From an uncultured virus (IMG/VR IMGVR_UViG_2049941000_000128) (Duplodnaviria > Heunggongvirae > Uroviricota > Caudoviricetes), in the IMG/VR virus record IMGVR_UViG_2049941000_000128: 43,045 nt of DNA. The stretch is one strand, 5' to 3'. This document shows positions 29,331-38,159 of the stretch, piece after piece; within the stretch, counting starts at the first letter, position 1; each line of letters starts with the position of its first letter. Both the position numbers and the translations under genes were made by a program. The notes beneath the pieces are model-generated. The model saw only the letters and a list, made by a program, of their open reading frames with translations, made no database searches and was not told where the DNA came from.

Positions 29331-30092
29331 TTGTTGGTAAAGTCTCTGTTTTTCTCGCCGCTTAGCGTTGTACTGTATCCAGTACTCGCGTGTAGCCGAC
29401 TTCGGTTTAGATGGGTCGTTGGCCGGGTCGTCCGCACCGTCGTATAGGCGGATATCGGATTCGCTGTAGTTACTGGTGAACCACTCGCGAAAATCCACCG
29501 GTGTTACATTGTTTTCATCGCACAGCTCCATATACCGCATATAGTCGTCGTCGACAAGTAGCACAAAAGCCTTGTGCTTGTTCCAGTATGTCTTGTAGGA
29601 ATCGAGCGATCTAGGCTCCTTGGCACTGTCCGAGTCGGTACGCAGCCGTGGAACAGACCCGTCGGCAATCATGCTGTACAGTGTAGTTCCGCCGTGATCC
29701 TTGTCGCTAATGACCTCGTTTCCGTCCATTTCGCTGTTGCGTCGCCGTATCCTTTCCATCCACGGCTCCACAATCACGTGAGAAAACTTGCTCCACGCTA
29801 CGCTACGGAGATTCTGCCATAGGTTGAAGTCGCGATTGTACTCTCCTTTTAGGACACGGCGACGGAATTCGACAAATATGGTCAGCCGCGCCTGTTGTTC
29901 AAGCTCTTCCATGTCTTCCTTCTGGTATGCATACAGGTTAGCCCAGCACAGCCATACGGATGCCGTCATATCGATAAGACGCCATAGGTTCTCCATCGGA
30001 GACAGCTCCGGGAGAAGCTTTACTGCGGTACGAACGGTGACGGCATCCGGAAACCAGACCGTACGTCCGTTCTTGAATCCCATCCTAGCCAT
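29310..30092 (-). CDS. Putative divergent sigma-70 region 2-like protein
   Basis: EDMEELEQQARLTIF......GEYNRDFNLWQNLRSVAW resembles D.EDL.Q...I.L...YD....F.T.....; GGAGG SD; basic C-terminus. Confidence 0.45.
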   Translation of the reverse strand: MARMGFKNGRTVWFPDAVTVRTAVKLLPELSPMENLWRLIDMTASVWLCWANLYAYQKEDMEELEQQARLTIFVEFRRRVLKGEYNRDFNLWQNLRSVAWSKFSHVIVEPWMERIRRRNSEMDGNEVISDKDHGGTTLYSMIADGSVPRLRTDSDSAKEPRSLDSYKTYWNKHKAFVLLVDDDYMRYMELCDENNVTPVDFREWFTSNYSESDIRLYDGADDPANDPSKPKSATREYWIQYNAKRREKQRLYQQKKKGIR

Positions 30093-30549
30093 TCGGCCTC
30101 CATTCTGTCATTACCTTGTTCACATTGCAGAACCACGGGTCATCCGATGTCGGAACACCGTACCAGCTTTTGGACAAACTAACAGCTCGTCTGATGATTT
30201 CGGATTTGAATGAGCCGTAAGAAGCCATATCACGCAACCACAGCTTTAAGAACAAATTCGTGTCAGAAAACGACAGAGACTGTGCATAGCCAAGGCAGTC
30301 GTGTAGCCACCATCCGCACCGTTCTTCGAATGTACCCAGATTAGGTACATACCAGTCAAGGAGCGCCGGGCCAGAGCGACCGTCGAACTGGAACCCCGGT
30401 TCCGTCCGAGCAATCAGCATGCCGACATCCGTAACCACGCGGAGTTCCACTGGACGTATCAAGGAATAGCGGCGCTGCTTGTTCAACTTTATGTCGAACA
30501 GCGTCGATGCTCCGGTTATGCAAGTGAAGCTGTATACTGCCTTCATCAT
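30085..30549 (-). CDS. DUF1353-like protein
   Basis: PGFQFDGRSGP...WWLHDCLGY matches GF.TDG.S.P...LHD.LY; start MMKAVY overlaps the GT-B stop. Confidence 0.7.
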   Translation of the reverse strand: MMKAVYSFTCITGASTLFDIKLNKQRRYSLIRPVELRVVTDVGMLIARTEPGFQFDGRSGPALLDWYVPNLGTFEERCGWWLHDCLGYAQSLSFSDTNLFLKLWLRDMASYGSFKSEIIRRAVSLSKSWYGVPTSDDPWFCNVNKVMTEWRPNG

Positions 30550-32368
30550 AGCAAGTCGAACGCAATCTGGTTTGCGTTTGCACCCCAAGTGTCGATGTAG
30601 CGACCGATGCAAGCTTCGGATTCCTGGATGCGGCCTTCGTTTATCAGGAACTTCCAGCCGTCGTCGATTAGCTTGTTATAAGTGTCGCGATCCTTCAGCT
30701 GGTGAAGGCGTTCGTCAAGCTGCTCGACCGTGAATCCCTGCGGCACCTGACAGATTTCCGGAGTATGTTCATACGGAGAATCCGGGAACNNNNNNNNNNT
30801 CTGCTAGCGCCGCATCCGTGACTATGTCAGCCGCTTTACGGCTATTGACCAGCCTATCGCCAGATAACCCCAAACCAACTAGGACACAGCCGCTGGATGC
30901 CGTCCAGTCGTTTCCTTCGTGTATACGGAACCCACGCGTAGGTTGGATGTTTTCGTTGGTTATGAGCGGTATCTCACGACCAAAACGAGGACTGTGGCAT
31001 ACCGTAAGCGTATAGATGTCTTCNNNNNNNNNNAAGCTTTTCATCCAGCTGTTCGACTGTGAATCCCTGCGGCACATGGCAGATTTCTGGAGTATGCTCG
31101 TACGGAGAATCCGGGAACACACTGCCAAGGAATGCAGACGAACTAACGGCAGCCTCTACATAACGGAGGTCGCTACGGCAACGATTGATTTCGTTTGGAA
31201 CCAAAGGAGCAATAATGAGGTCTGGCTTCAAGCGGCACACCAAGCCAGCGAAGCGGTTAGGCGTGACCCACGGAAGGCTCCTTACTCTATCCTGAATCTC
31301 GTTCCAAAGGAATGACGGATTGCCCATCTGGGTAAGCGTGATATCGCCTTCCTTGACGTGCTTGATAACCCATTCGCGCCATTCAGCACTTGCATAGTCG
31401 CCAAGCTGGTCTGGGATGTCGTTGCCCTTTTCATCCTTGTGTGCCGGAACCGCATGCTGCGGACATGCGGTAAGAACAAGGTGCAACTGCTTCAAGTCTT
31501 GCTGCAGCGGAGCACGGCGTTCAAGGTTCCACATACTTCTTGCGACTGCGTTTGGGATGACCGCGACATTATCCACGCCGGTAGCCTTGACAAACTTGTC
31601 CTTTAGATATTGCTTGGTGACAGTAACGACGTCGCATAGCTTTAACGCTTCGATTGTAGATTTGTTGTGCTTCTCGTCCCAAGTCTTGGTGTTGATTGCG
31701 TCAAAGTCGCTGTCGCCTTCTCGGTGGCTCTCACCAGTATAGAACGGGACGTCATCAAAGTCATTGATGATGCGGAAGCCGAACTTCTGCTGGGCAGCCT
31801 TGAGCTGCTTGATCAGTTCCAAGCCCTGCCAGCCAGCGCATGACTTCAGTACTATCGAGCGTGTGGCACTGAGGATGCCCGGCTCCATGAGCGGACTTGG
31901 GACTTCTATACAGTGTATGCNNNNNNNNNNGAGATACTGCTTGGATACGGTAATCACATCGCAGAGCTTCAACGCTTCGATTGTGGACTGGTTGTGCTTT
32001 TCGTCCCAAGTCTTGGTATTGATCGCGTCGAAGTCGCTGTCGCCTTCGCGGTGGCTTTCACCCGTATAGAACGGCACGTCGTCAAAATCGTTAATGATCC
32101 GGAAGCCGAACTTCTGCTGGGCAGCCTTGAGCTGTTTAATCAGTTCTAGTCCGACCCATCCCGCACAAGACTTCAGCACGATTGCTCGTGTTGCAGACAA
32201 GATGCCGGGTTCCATCAATGGATTCGGCACTTCGATACAGTGGATACCCAAGCCTTCAAACCAGTTCATACAGAACGCTGGCATGCTTGCTCGGTAGAAA
32301 CGGCAGCCGGAACCTCCGGAGGTTACGACTTGGACAAACGGCTTCGCCGGGTTAATATCTGCTTTCAT
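30546..32368 (-). CDS. GT-B fold glycosyltransferase (one gene, assembled as pieces 32368-31931, 31920-31034, 30789-30546)
   Basis: SGCRFYR..P, INDFDD, CDVVTVT, VIPNAV, DLIIAPL.PNEINRCRSDLRYVEA; start MKADIN at 32368 with GGAG SD. Confidence 0.8.
30800..31023 (-). repeat. Displaced allele of DUF5675 gene segment (33259-33482)
   Basis: Near-identical sequence, bounded by N gaps. Confidence 0.85.
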
Positions 32369-32555
32369 AGTCTTCTCCGATGCAGCCAGTGCTGCAGACA
32401 AATTCACAAGCCGTGGCACACGTGGTCACGCTCGCAGTTGGTGATGAGCACGGATAAGATTGCTTTACCGTGTATGACGGCTCTTCTTGTTTGTACGAAT
32501 CGAAAGCCCCAGCCGCCTGAAGCGCCAAGATTCCAGCAATTCCGCCGCCGATCAT
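32352..32555 (-). CDS. 67-aa peptide with hydrophobic N-terminus and CxxxCxxxCxxxC
   Basis: MIGGGIAGILALQAAGAFD...PCSSPTASVTTCATACEFVCSTGCIGEDYESRY; GGAG SD; ATGA overlap with the GT2 stop; overlaps the GT-B start. Confidence 0.65.
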   Translation of the reverse strand: MIGGGIAGILALQAAGAFDSYKQEEPSYTVKQSYPCSSPTASVTTCATACEFVCSTGCIGEDYESRY

Positions 32556-33205
32556 GATCTGAACTCCGATTGCTTGATAATTGGGAAGTCTACATGCGGC
32601 TTCCAATATGCCAAGAACTTCTGCCTAGCTTGTTCAAAGTCGGCGGTCATCTTGCCCTGCGAATCGTGCTTGCAACGGATGTCCACGATGGCGACATTCT
32701 TGCCCATCTGTAGGCATTGCAGACAAGCGTCTACATCGTAGAGATAACGCCAAGAACCGAAGTCGTGCGGTTCGTACTTTTGGACAAATTCCTTCGACAG
32801 AATGAGGAAGCAACCGTCAACGGATACTGCGTCCGGGCGGTAGCCTGGGCCGTCCAGCATTGGATAGCTTCCACCGTGACCGTCGCCTTGGAGTATTGCC
32901 CCCACGGTGACGACATTGCGCTGGGGATTCCACCAAGTTGCCGAATCAAACAGACAAAGCGTACCAATGAGTCCGCCGATGCCCACGTTGTCTCGGCGCA
33001 TCAGTTCGCACTGGGACGGGATAAGCTCCGGTGTCTCGATTTTCAAGTCCGTGTGATGGAACACGAAGTAGTCGGCATCGTAGTCCTTGAGCATGGCAAT
33101 TTTGCTTGCCAAGGATGTGTGATGCTCGTCATTTTCCAGATAGACGGCTTCTTCGATTGGCCGTTCTGGTTTCCGTATGACAGGAATACATTCTAAAATC
33201 TTCAT
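32552..33205 (-). CDS. GT-A/GT2-like glycosyltransferase
   Basis: DYFVFHHTDL, VGIGGLIG, AVSVDGCFLIL, YLYDVDACLQ, CKHDSQG motifs. Confidence 0.8.
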   Translation of the reverse strand: MKILECIPVIRKPERPIEEAVYLENDEHHTSLASKIAMLKDYDADYFVFHHTDLKIETPELIPSQCELMRRDNVGIGGLIGTLCLFDSATWWNPQRNVVTVGAILQGDGHGGSYPMLDGPGYRPDAVSVDGCFLILSKEFVQKYEPHDFGSWRYLYDVDACLQCLQMGKNVAIVDIRCKHDSQGKMTADFEQARQKFLAYWKPHVDFPIIKQSEFRS

Positions 33206-33215
33206 GTTTTATAAA

Positions 33216-33590
33216 TTAGTTCTTTTCGTGATAAATGGAGGATATCACAAGACTGCGGTCTGCTATCGACGCATCCGTAACTATGTCAGCCGCTTTACGG
33301 CTATCGACCAGCTTATCACCAGATAACCCCAAGCCAACTAGGACACAGCCGCTGGATGCCGTCCAGTCGTTTCCTTCGTGTATACGGAACCCGCGTGTAG
33401 GTGGTATGTTTTCGTTGGTTATGAGCGGTATATCACGACCAAAACGAGGACTGTGGCATACCGTAAGCGTATAGATGTCTTCCGGGAGTGCCTTAGACTT
33501 GTTTTCGAGCGTATATAGTACTAAAGAGTCGGTTATGTATAGCCGACCAAGTATAGCGTTGTCTGTCATCCTATCACGGACGAGCAACAT
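33216..33590 (-). CDS. DUF5675-family protein, putative endolysin
   Basis: ILGRLY..YTLE..LPE..Y...SPRFG..P....RGFRIHEGN....SSGCVLVG with His/Cys; follows the holin-like gene. Confidence 0.8.
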   Translation of the reverse strand: MLLVRDRMTDNAILGRLYITDSLVLYTLENKSKALPEDIYTLTVCHSPRFGRDIPLITNENIPPTRGFRIHEGNDWTASSGCVLVGLGLSGDKLVDSRKAADIVTDASIADRSLVISSIYHEKN

Positions 33591-33667
33591 TATCGCCTCC
33601 AGTCGTTAGGGTCGAACAACAACCAGCCCAGCCAGAGACCGACTATCACGAATACTATCGTGCTCAT
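33590..33667 (-). CDS. 25-aa transmembrane peptide (absent from ORF track)
   Basis: MSTIVFVIVGLWLGWLLFDPNDWRR; ATGA overlap upstream, TAATG downstream; intact in the second allele. Confidence 0.65.
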   Translation of the reverse strand: MSTIVFVIVGLWLGWLLFDPNDWRR

Positions 33668-34008
33668 CGGTTCCGTATACCGTCCTTGAGTTCGCGTAGG
33701 GTATCGATAACCGAGTCCATCTTCGTCAGCACGGTCGCAAGCTGGGTATTCAGCAATGCAATCTGCTTGTTGCTGTCAGCGACTTGCTCGAACAAAAGCG
33801 TGATATTGTCCTTGTTCTGGGTCGATTTGAACTCCAGGGACAGAACCTTGTCGTGCAGTTCCAGGGAGTCCTTGTCTCTAGCTTCCTTGGTGGCCGCACG
33901 GTCGTCCTTGGTAGCGATATTGTCGCCCCAAATTTTTATGACCGCTGCAGTATTGGTTAACAGTAACACTACAGCCCCGATAAGCGCAGCCCATAGCTCT
34001 GGTGTCAT
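33664..34008 (-). CDS. Holin-like protein (N-terminal TM plus coiled coil)
   Basis: AGGAGG SD; LWAALIGAVVLLLTNTAAVIKIW; heads the lysis cassette. Confidence 0.55.
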   Translation of the reverse strand: MTPELWAALIGAVVLLLTNTAAVIKIWGDNIATKDDRAATKEARDKDSLELHDKVLSLEFKSTQNKDNITLLFEQVADSNKQIALLNTQLATVLTKMDSVIDTLRELKDGIRNR

Positions 34009-34101
34009 AATTCCTCCTAATATCCGTCAAAGGTTACATTTCCATGCGTAGCCGTTACCGTACACCACACATAGTATTCTTCTGTAGACTGNNNNNNNNN
34101 N

Positions 34102-34457
34102 AGCATTATACTGGGTTCGGTATACGATATCCAGGTCTGGCGTGATAGCGTCGCAGTCGATTACCCANNNNNNNNNNACCGTATGCCCACATCTCTGGGA
34201 TTGAAGTATCGACAATCGTGAGGGTCGGGAAGATACGGACATCGTATTCCGGCTGTCCGTTACTCTTGGTAATAGAAAACCTTGTCAAGTTGTCGTTGGC
34301 GTGTTCGATGAGTATGGCTTGGAATTCACCCATAAGGCCGGAAGACGAAAGCAGAGCTTGCTTCTGGGCAAGGGTGAATGGAATCCACGGGGAATTGTAC
34401 TGGGTACGGTATACGATATCCAGGTCTGGCGTGATAGCGTCGCAGTCGATTACCCAN
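34102..34457 (-). other. Gap-bounded internal fragments, probably of the gene starting at 35121
   Basis: Open frame WVIDCDAITPDLDIVYRTQYN...PEMWAYG; first part present twice. Confidence 0.5.
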
Positions 34458-34466
34458 NNNNNNNNN

Positions 34467-34973
34467 TAACATTATCGCCTCCAGTCGTTAGGGTCGAACA
34501 ACAACCAGCCCAGCCATAGACCGACTATCACGAATACTATCGTGCTCATCGGTTCCGAATACCGTCCTTGAGTTCGCGAAGGGTATCGATAACCGAGTCC
34601 ATCTTGGTCAAGACGGTAGCAAGCTGGGTATTCAGCAATGCAATCTGCTTGTTGCTGTCAGCGACTTGCTCGAACAAAAGAGTAATATTGTCCTTGTTCT
34701 GGGTCGATTTGAACTCCAAGGACAGAACCTTATCGTGCAGTTCCAGGGAGTCCTTGTCTCTAGCTTCCTTGGTGGCCGCACGGTCGTCCTTGGTAGCGAT
34801 ATTGTCGCCCCAGATTTTTATGACCGCTGCTGTATTGGTTAACAGTAACACGACGGCTCCGATAAGCGCAGCCCATAGCTCTGGTGTCATAGTTCCTCCT
34901 AATATCCGTCAAAGGTTACATTGCCATGCGTAGCCGTTACCGTACACCACACATAGTATTCTTCTGTAGACTG
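34467..34973 (-). repeat. Second allele of the holin region (33585-34091), includes CDS 34546-34890
   Basis: Identical holin-like protein with synonymous differences; gap-bounded. Confidence 0.9.
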
Positions 34974-35121
34974 NNNNNNNNNNCTTGTAATTGAAGAATC
35001 CGGCCACGCCGTCATTCTCATACAGAATACGGTATTTCCCAGGAGTCGGCTCCGGCGGAACTTCCAAATTGAGCGGCCTGTTGTTGATACAGAGTGCCTT
35101 TTCTAACGATAAAATAGCCAT
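34909..35121 (-). CDS. Hypothetical virion accessory protein (middle missing in gap)
   Basis: Start MAILSLEK with GAGG SD; end VYRRILCVVYGNGYAWQCNL. Confidence 0.5.
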   Translation of the reverse strand: MAILSLEKALCINNRPLNLEVPPEPTPGKYRILYENDGVAGFFNYKXXXXVYRRILCVVYGNGYAWQCNL

Positions 35122-35123
35122 AG

Positions 35124-35759
35124 TTACCTCACATACCGCTGGCCGGAAATCTGGTAGCCCATCTGTACGACGGCGTACGATTGGTCAGACAGTCCGTCAC
35201 CCTTCGCCATAGAGAATTCTAGCATCGGGCGTGACGAATTCGACGGCGAGTCAGACATATAATATGGGAACGGGCCGATGTTCGGAATGATGCCCGACTG
35301 AAGTGCGGTGCTCGTGCTAAGGAACACGATGCTCGCGCTGTAGGTCGTATCTCCGACCCTTGCGGAGAAAGGCCACGGTTTCACATCCGTAGATAGGAAG
35401 TTTCTGGCGGAGGCGTAAGCCGATACGGTCACATAGATGTTTTTTGCCGTACCGCTTAGTTCTCTGCACTTTCCACTGCCATCGGAGTACTGAATAGTCT
35501 TGTTCAGCATAGGGAATCCGGTTGCAGAACGGAAGTTACCGGCGGCAGTCGCTGTCACGGTTCCGCTTACAGTCAGTGGCTGGAAGTCGACAGCCGTCAC
35601 TTGAGACGGATTCTTGCTGGTGCGTATCAAGCCACTGGCTGTCCAGCTGGACACCGTTAGGCTCGGAGGCCAGATAAGTTCGCTGTTGCACCATACGGAG
35701 TTGACAGATGAACCGTTGTATCTTACATCAGCAGCATTGTTCCAAATTGCGCTAGCCAT
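35124..35759 (-). CDS. Ser/Thr-rich beta protein, tail fibre accessory
   Basis: Start MASAIW with GGAGG SD; ADVRYNGSSVNSVWCNSELIWP N-terminal motif seen in small phage fibre proteins. Confidence 0.6.
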   Translation of the reverse strand: MASAIWNNAADVRYNGSSVNSVWCNSELIWPPSLTVSSWTASGLIRTSKNPSQVTAVDFQPLTVSGTVTATAAGNFRSATGFPMLNKTIQYSDGSGKCRELSGTAKNIYVTVSAYASARNFLSTDVKPWPFSARVGDTTYSASIVFLSTSTALQSGIIPNIGPFPYYMSDSPSNSSRPMLEFSMAKGDGLSDQSYAVVQMGYQISGQRYVR

Positions 35760-35767
35760 GTAGCCTC

Positions 35768-36682
35768 CTATGGCACGTTGCAAGTGATTTCGGTAGTATG
35801 GACGCCGTAAGTACGCATCCAGTTTTCTCCAAGGCGTACACAAAACGGCTGACCGTATTCTCCGACGCCGAATGAGAATCCGTCTGGTACAGTCAGCGAG
35901 TTAGCGATGCTGGAGTATGCGTTTCTGTAAGCACTGTCTACATAGTAGGCATGCTGGAGTAAATCAGAGAAATCGCTAGACCATTCAGCACCCGGATTAC
36001 CGCCGTCATTTCGTATAACTTGTGCGGCGGACATAGATCCAGAGCCAGTAAAGTAAATGTCGTAACCGAACGATATATTAGCCTTGTTTCCGGAAGGTAC
36101 ATTGAAGGCTGACCCTGAATCGATACACAGCAAGCCTATCGGATTTACTGCGCTTCCATTGTAAGTGCAAGCTGTAATCTTGAAGCTGGATACCAGCGAA
36201 GGAGTATGGTATCCAGATTCAAGCAGTCCGGTTGCTTCTACATTCTTGTATGTAACCAGTTCAAGATTGAAGGAAGCAGCGGATTTAACGATTTTTGCAC
36301 TAGCCGTTCCTATAGTTCCAGATGAAGACAGGTTATTGCGAATAAATCCAGCAGCAGAGTCTGTAGTAGTCGATGAACCAAAACGCGGTACCCATCTCTT
36401 GTACGGTGCCGATGACCCGGAAGCATATATACGGAACGGTGCTTTACCGGTGAACTTGATTCCAGACAAGCGTCCCGTAGTCGGTTCATGTTCGTACATG
36501 ATGACGCCGTTATCGTCTACAATTTTCACACCTACAATTGTGGATGAGCCTGAGTTTTTCAGATAGCCGCTGAACGCATCCGTTCCGGTAGAACCGCCAG
36601 ATACGAAAGTGCTTGTGCCACACACGCATGCGTGGTATGCAGATGTTCCGCTGACTAGCTGTTTCCCTGCACTTATCAGCAT
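35768..36682 (-). CDS. Ser/Gly-rich tail fibre accessory protein (5' end duplicated at 36711-36872)
   Basis: Start MLISAG with GGAGG SD; ~304 aa beta-rich. Confidence 0.6.
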   Translation of the reverse strand: MLISAGKQLVSGTSAYHACVCGTSTFVSGGSTGTDAFSGYLKNSGSSTIVGVKIVDDNGVIMYEHEPTTGRLSGIKFTGKAPFRIYASGSSAPYKRWVPRFGSSTTTDSAAGFIRNNLSSSGTIGTASAKIVKSAASFNLELVTYKNVEATGLLESGYHTPSLVSSFKITACTYNGSAVNPIGLLCIDSGSAFNVPSGNKANISFGYDIYFTGSGSMSAAQVIRNDGGNPGAEWSSDFSDLLQHAYYVDSAYRNAYSSIANSLTVPDGFSFGVGEYGQPFCVRLGENWMRTYGVHTTEITCNVP

Positions 36683-36856
36683 ATTAGCCTCCAAGTACTA
36701 NNNNNNNNNNGTGTGGATGAGCCGGAGTTTTTCAGATAGCCGCTGAACGCATCCGTACCGGTAGAACCGCCAGATACGAAAGTACTGGTGCCACACACGC
36801 ATGAGTGGTATGCAGATGTTCCACTGACTAGCTGTTTCCCTGCACTTATCAGCATA

Positions 36857-38132
36857 TTAGCCTCCAAGTACTACATAGACCACATTAAGCCCTGTCGCCT
36901 GAGATACGTCGGATACAATCTGTACGACGGCACCCTTCGTTCCAATCTGGATACCGTTTACCGTGCTGGCTGCCGTCATATTGGCGGAATCAACGATGAG
37001 GCTTGCTGTCGGAAGTCCACCGCCAGCACCGCCAATTGCAGAGCCAGAGATAGCTGTAATCACGCCAGCATTGGATTCAAGGGCGGAATACGGAATCTTC
37101 GAAGTGGTTAGATTGTTTACGCCAAGACGCGCTACNNNNNNNNNNACCAGCACCACCAATTGCAGAGCCAGAGATAGCTGTAATCACGCCGGCATTGGAT
37201 TCAAGGGCAGAATACGGAATCTTCGAAGTGGTTAGATTGTTTACGCCAAGACGCGCTACTAAGTCATATACGGCAACGCTGTCGATTGCAGAGAAAGTCG
37301 CCGTAGAAGGCCCGTTCTTCAAGGAGCTGTACGGCACATAGCTGGACATGGAGCTGGGATTGACCGAAGCAGCAGTACTTACACCTAAAGTAACGGTATT
37401 TCCGGCGATAGAGGATGTAATAGAAGTGTCCAGAGCAAGATCATACTTGTTCACTCCAAGAGCACTTCCAGCCAAGCCGTTACCGGTCATAGAGGAGTCA
37501 GTAACTACTCCGGTGAACGAGCCGCCTCCGCCTCCATTTGTGTCGTATATGGCCGATCCGTTGATGGAACTGATGTACGAGCCGGAATAACCGAACGTCA
37601 AGGCGTCCTGTTTTCCGCTGACAACGGAACTGATGCTGGTTACGTTGTTGGTAATATTACCTGTAAACGAACTGTACGAACTTTCGAAGACATAATTGCC
37701 CGATGGGGCGAAATTGCTCGATGCGGAGGCGTCAAGCTTGCCGGAAAGGGCAGATTCCTTGGCATAATCGGTCAAATTAGCCGTAGTTATGAATCCGGAC
37801 GGGTTTGTAGCACTGTAATACTCGCCCGAAGGCATGTAATTTCCGCTCGGTTGGAACAAACTAGACGCCGTGGCGTCCAATTTGGCCGAAACTTCCGCTG
37901 ACACGGCAGAACAACAGCTATCTACGGCACTCTGGTCGGCCTTTCCGCTCACCATCGAGGAAACAATGGACGAAACAACGGAAGATTCGATTCCGCCAGC
38001 GATAGCAGACCCTGAAATGCCAGAAATTGCACCGCTGGCATTGTATTCTAGCCCCGAATATGGGATATATGCACTCATGTTGGCGGCAGTGCCCAGGTCG
38101 AGCAGCTCGCCGATGCTTAAAATTTCTGGCAT
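36857..38132 (-). CDS. Tail fibre protein (one gene with duplicated segment 37021-37135/37146-37259)
   Basis: Three IS.I.GSAI modules; SGKLDASASS.F.PSGN repeats; C-terminal VQIVSD...LNVVYVV. Confidence 0.7.
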
Positions 38133-38144
38133 TTTAATACCTCT

Positions 38145-38159
38145 CAGCTATAACTATGC
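38145..38159 (-). promoter_or_regulatory. Candidate phage late promoter GCATAGTTATAGCTG
   Basis: Motif copy directly before GAGG SD and the ATG at 38132. Confidence 0.6.

Noticed and set aside
33585..34973. True tandem duplication of the holin region (and other gap-flanked duplicates)
   Set aside because: Each copy is bounded by 10-N gaps and differs mostly silently, as expected for assembly bubbles
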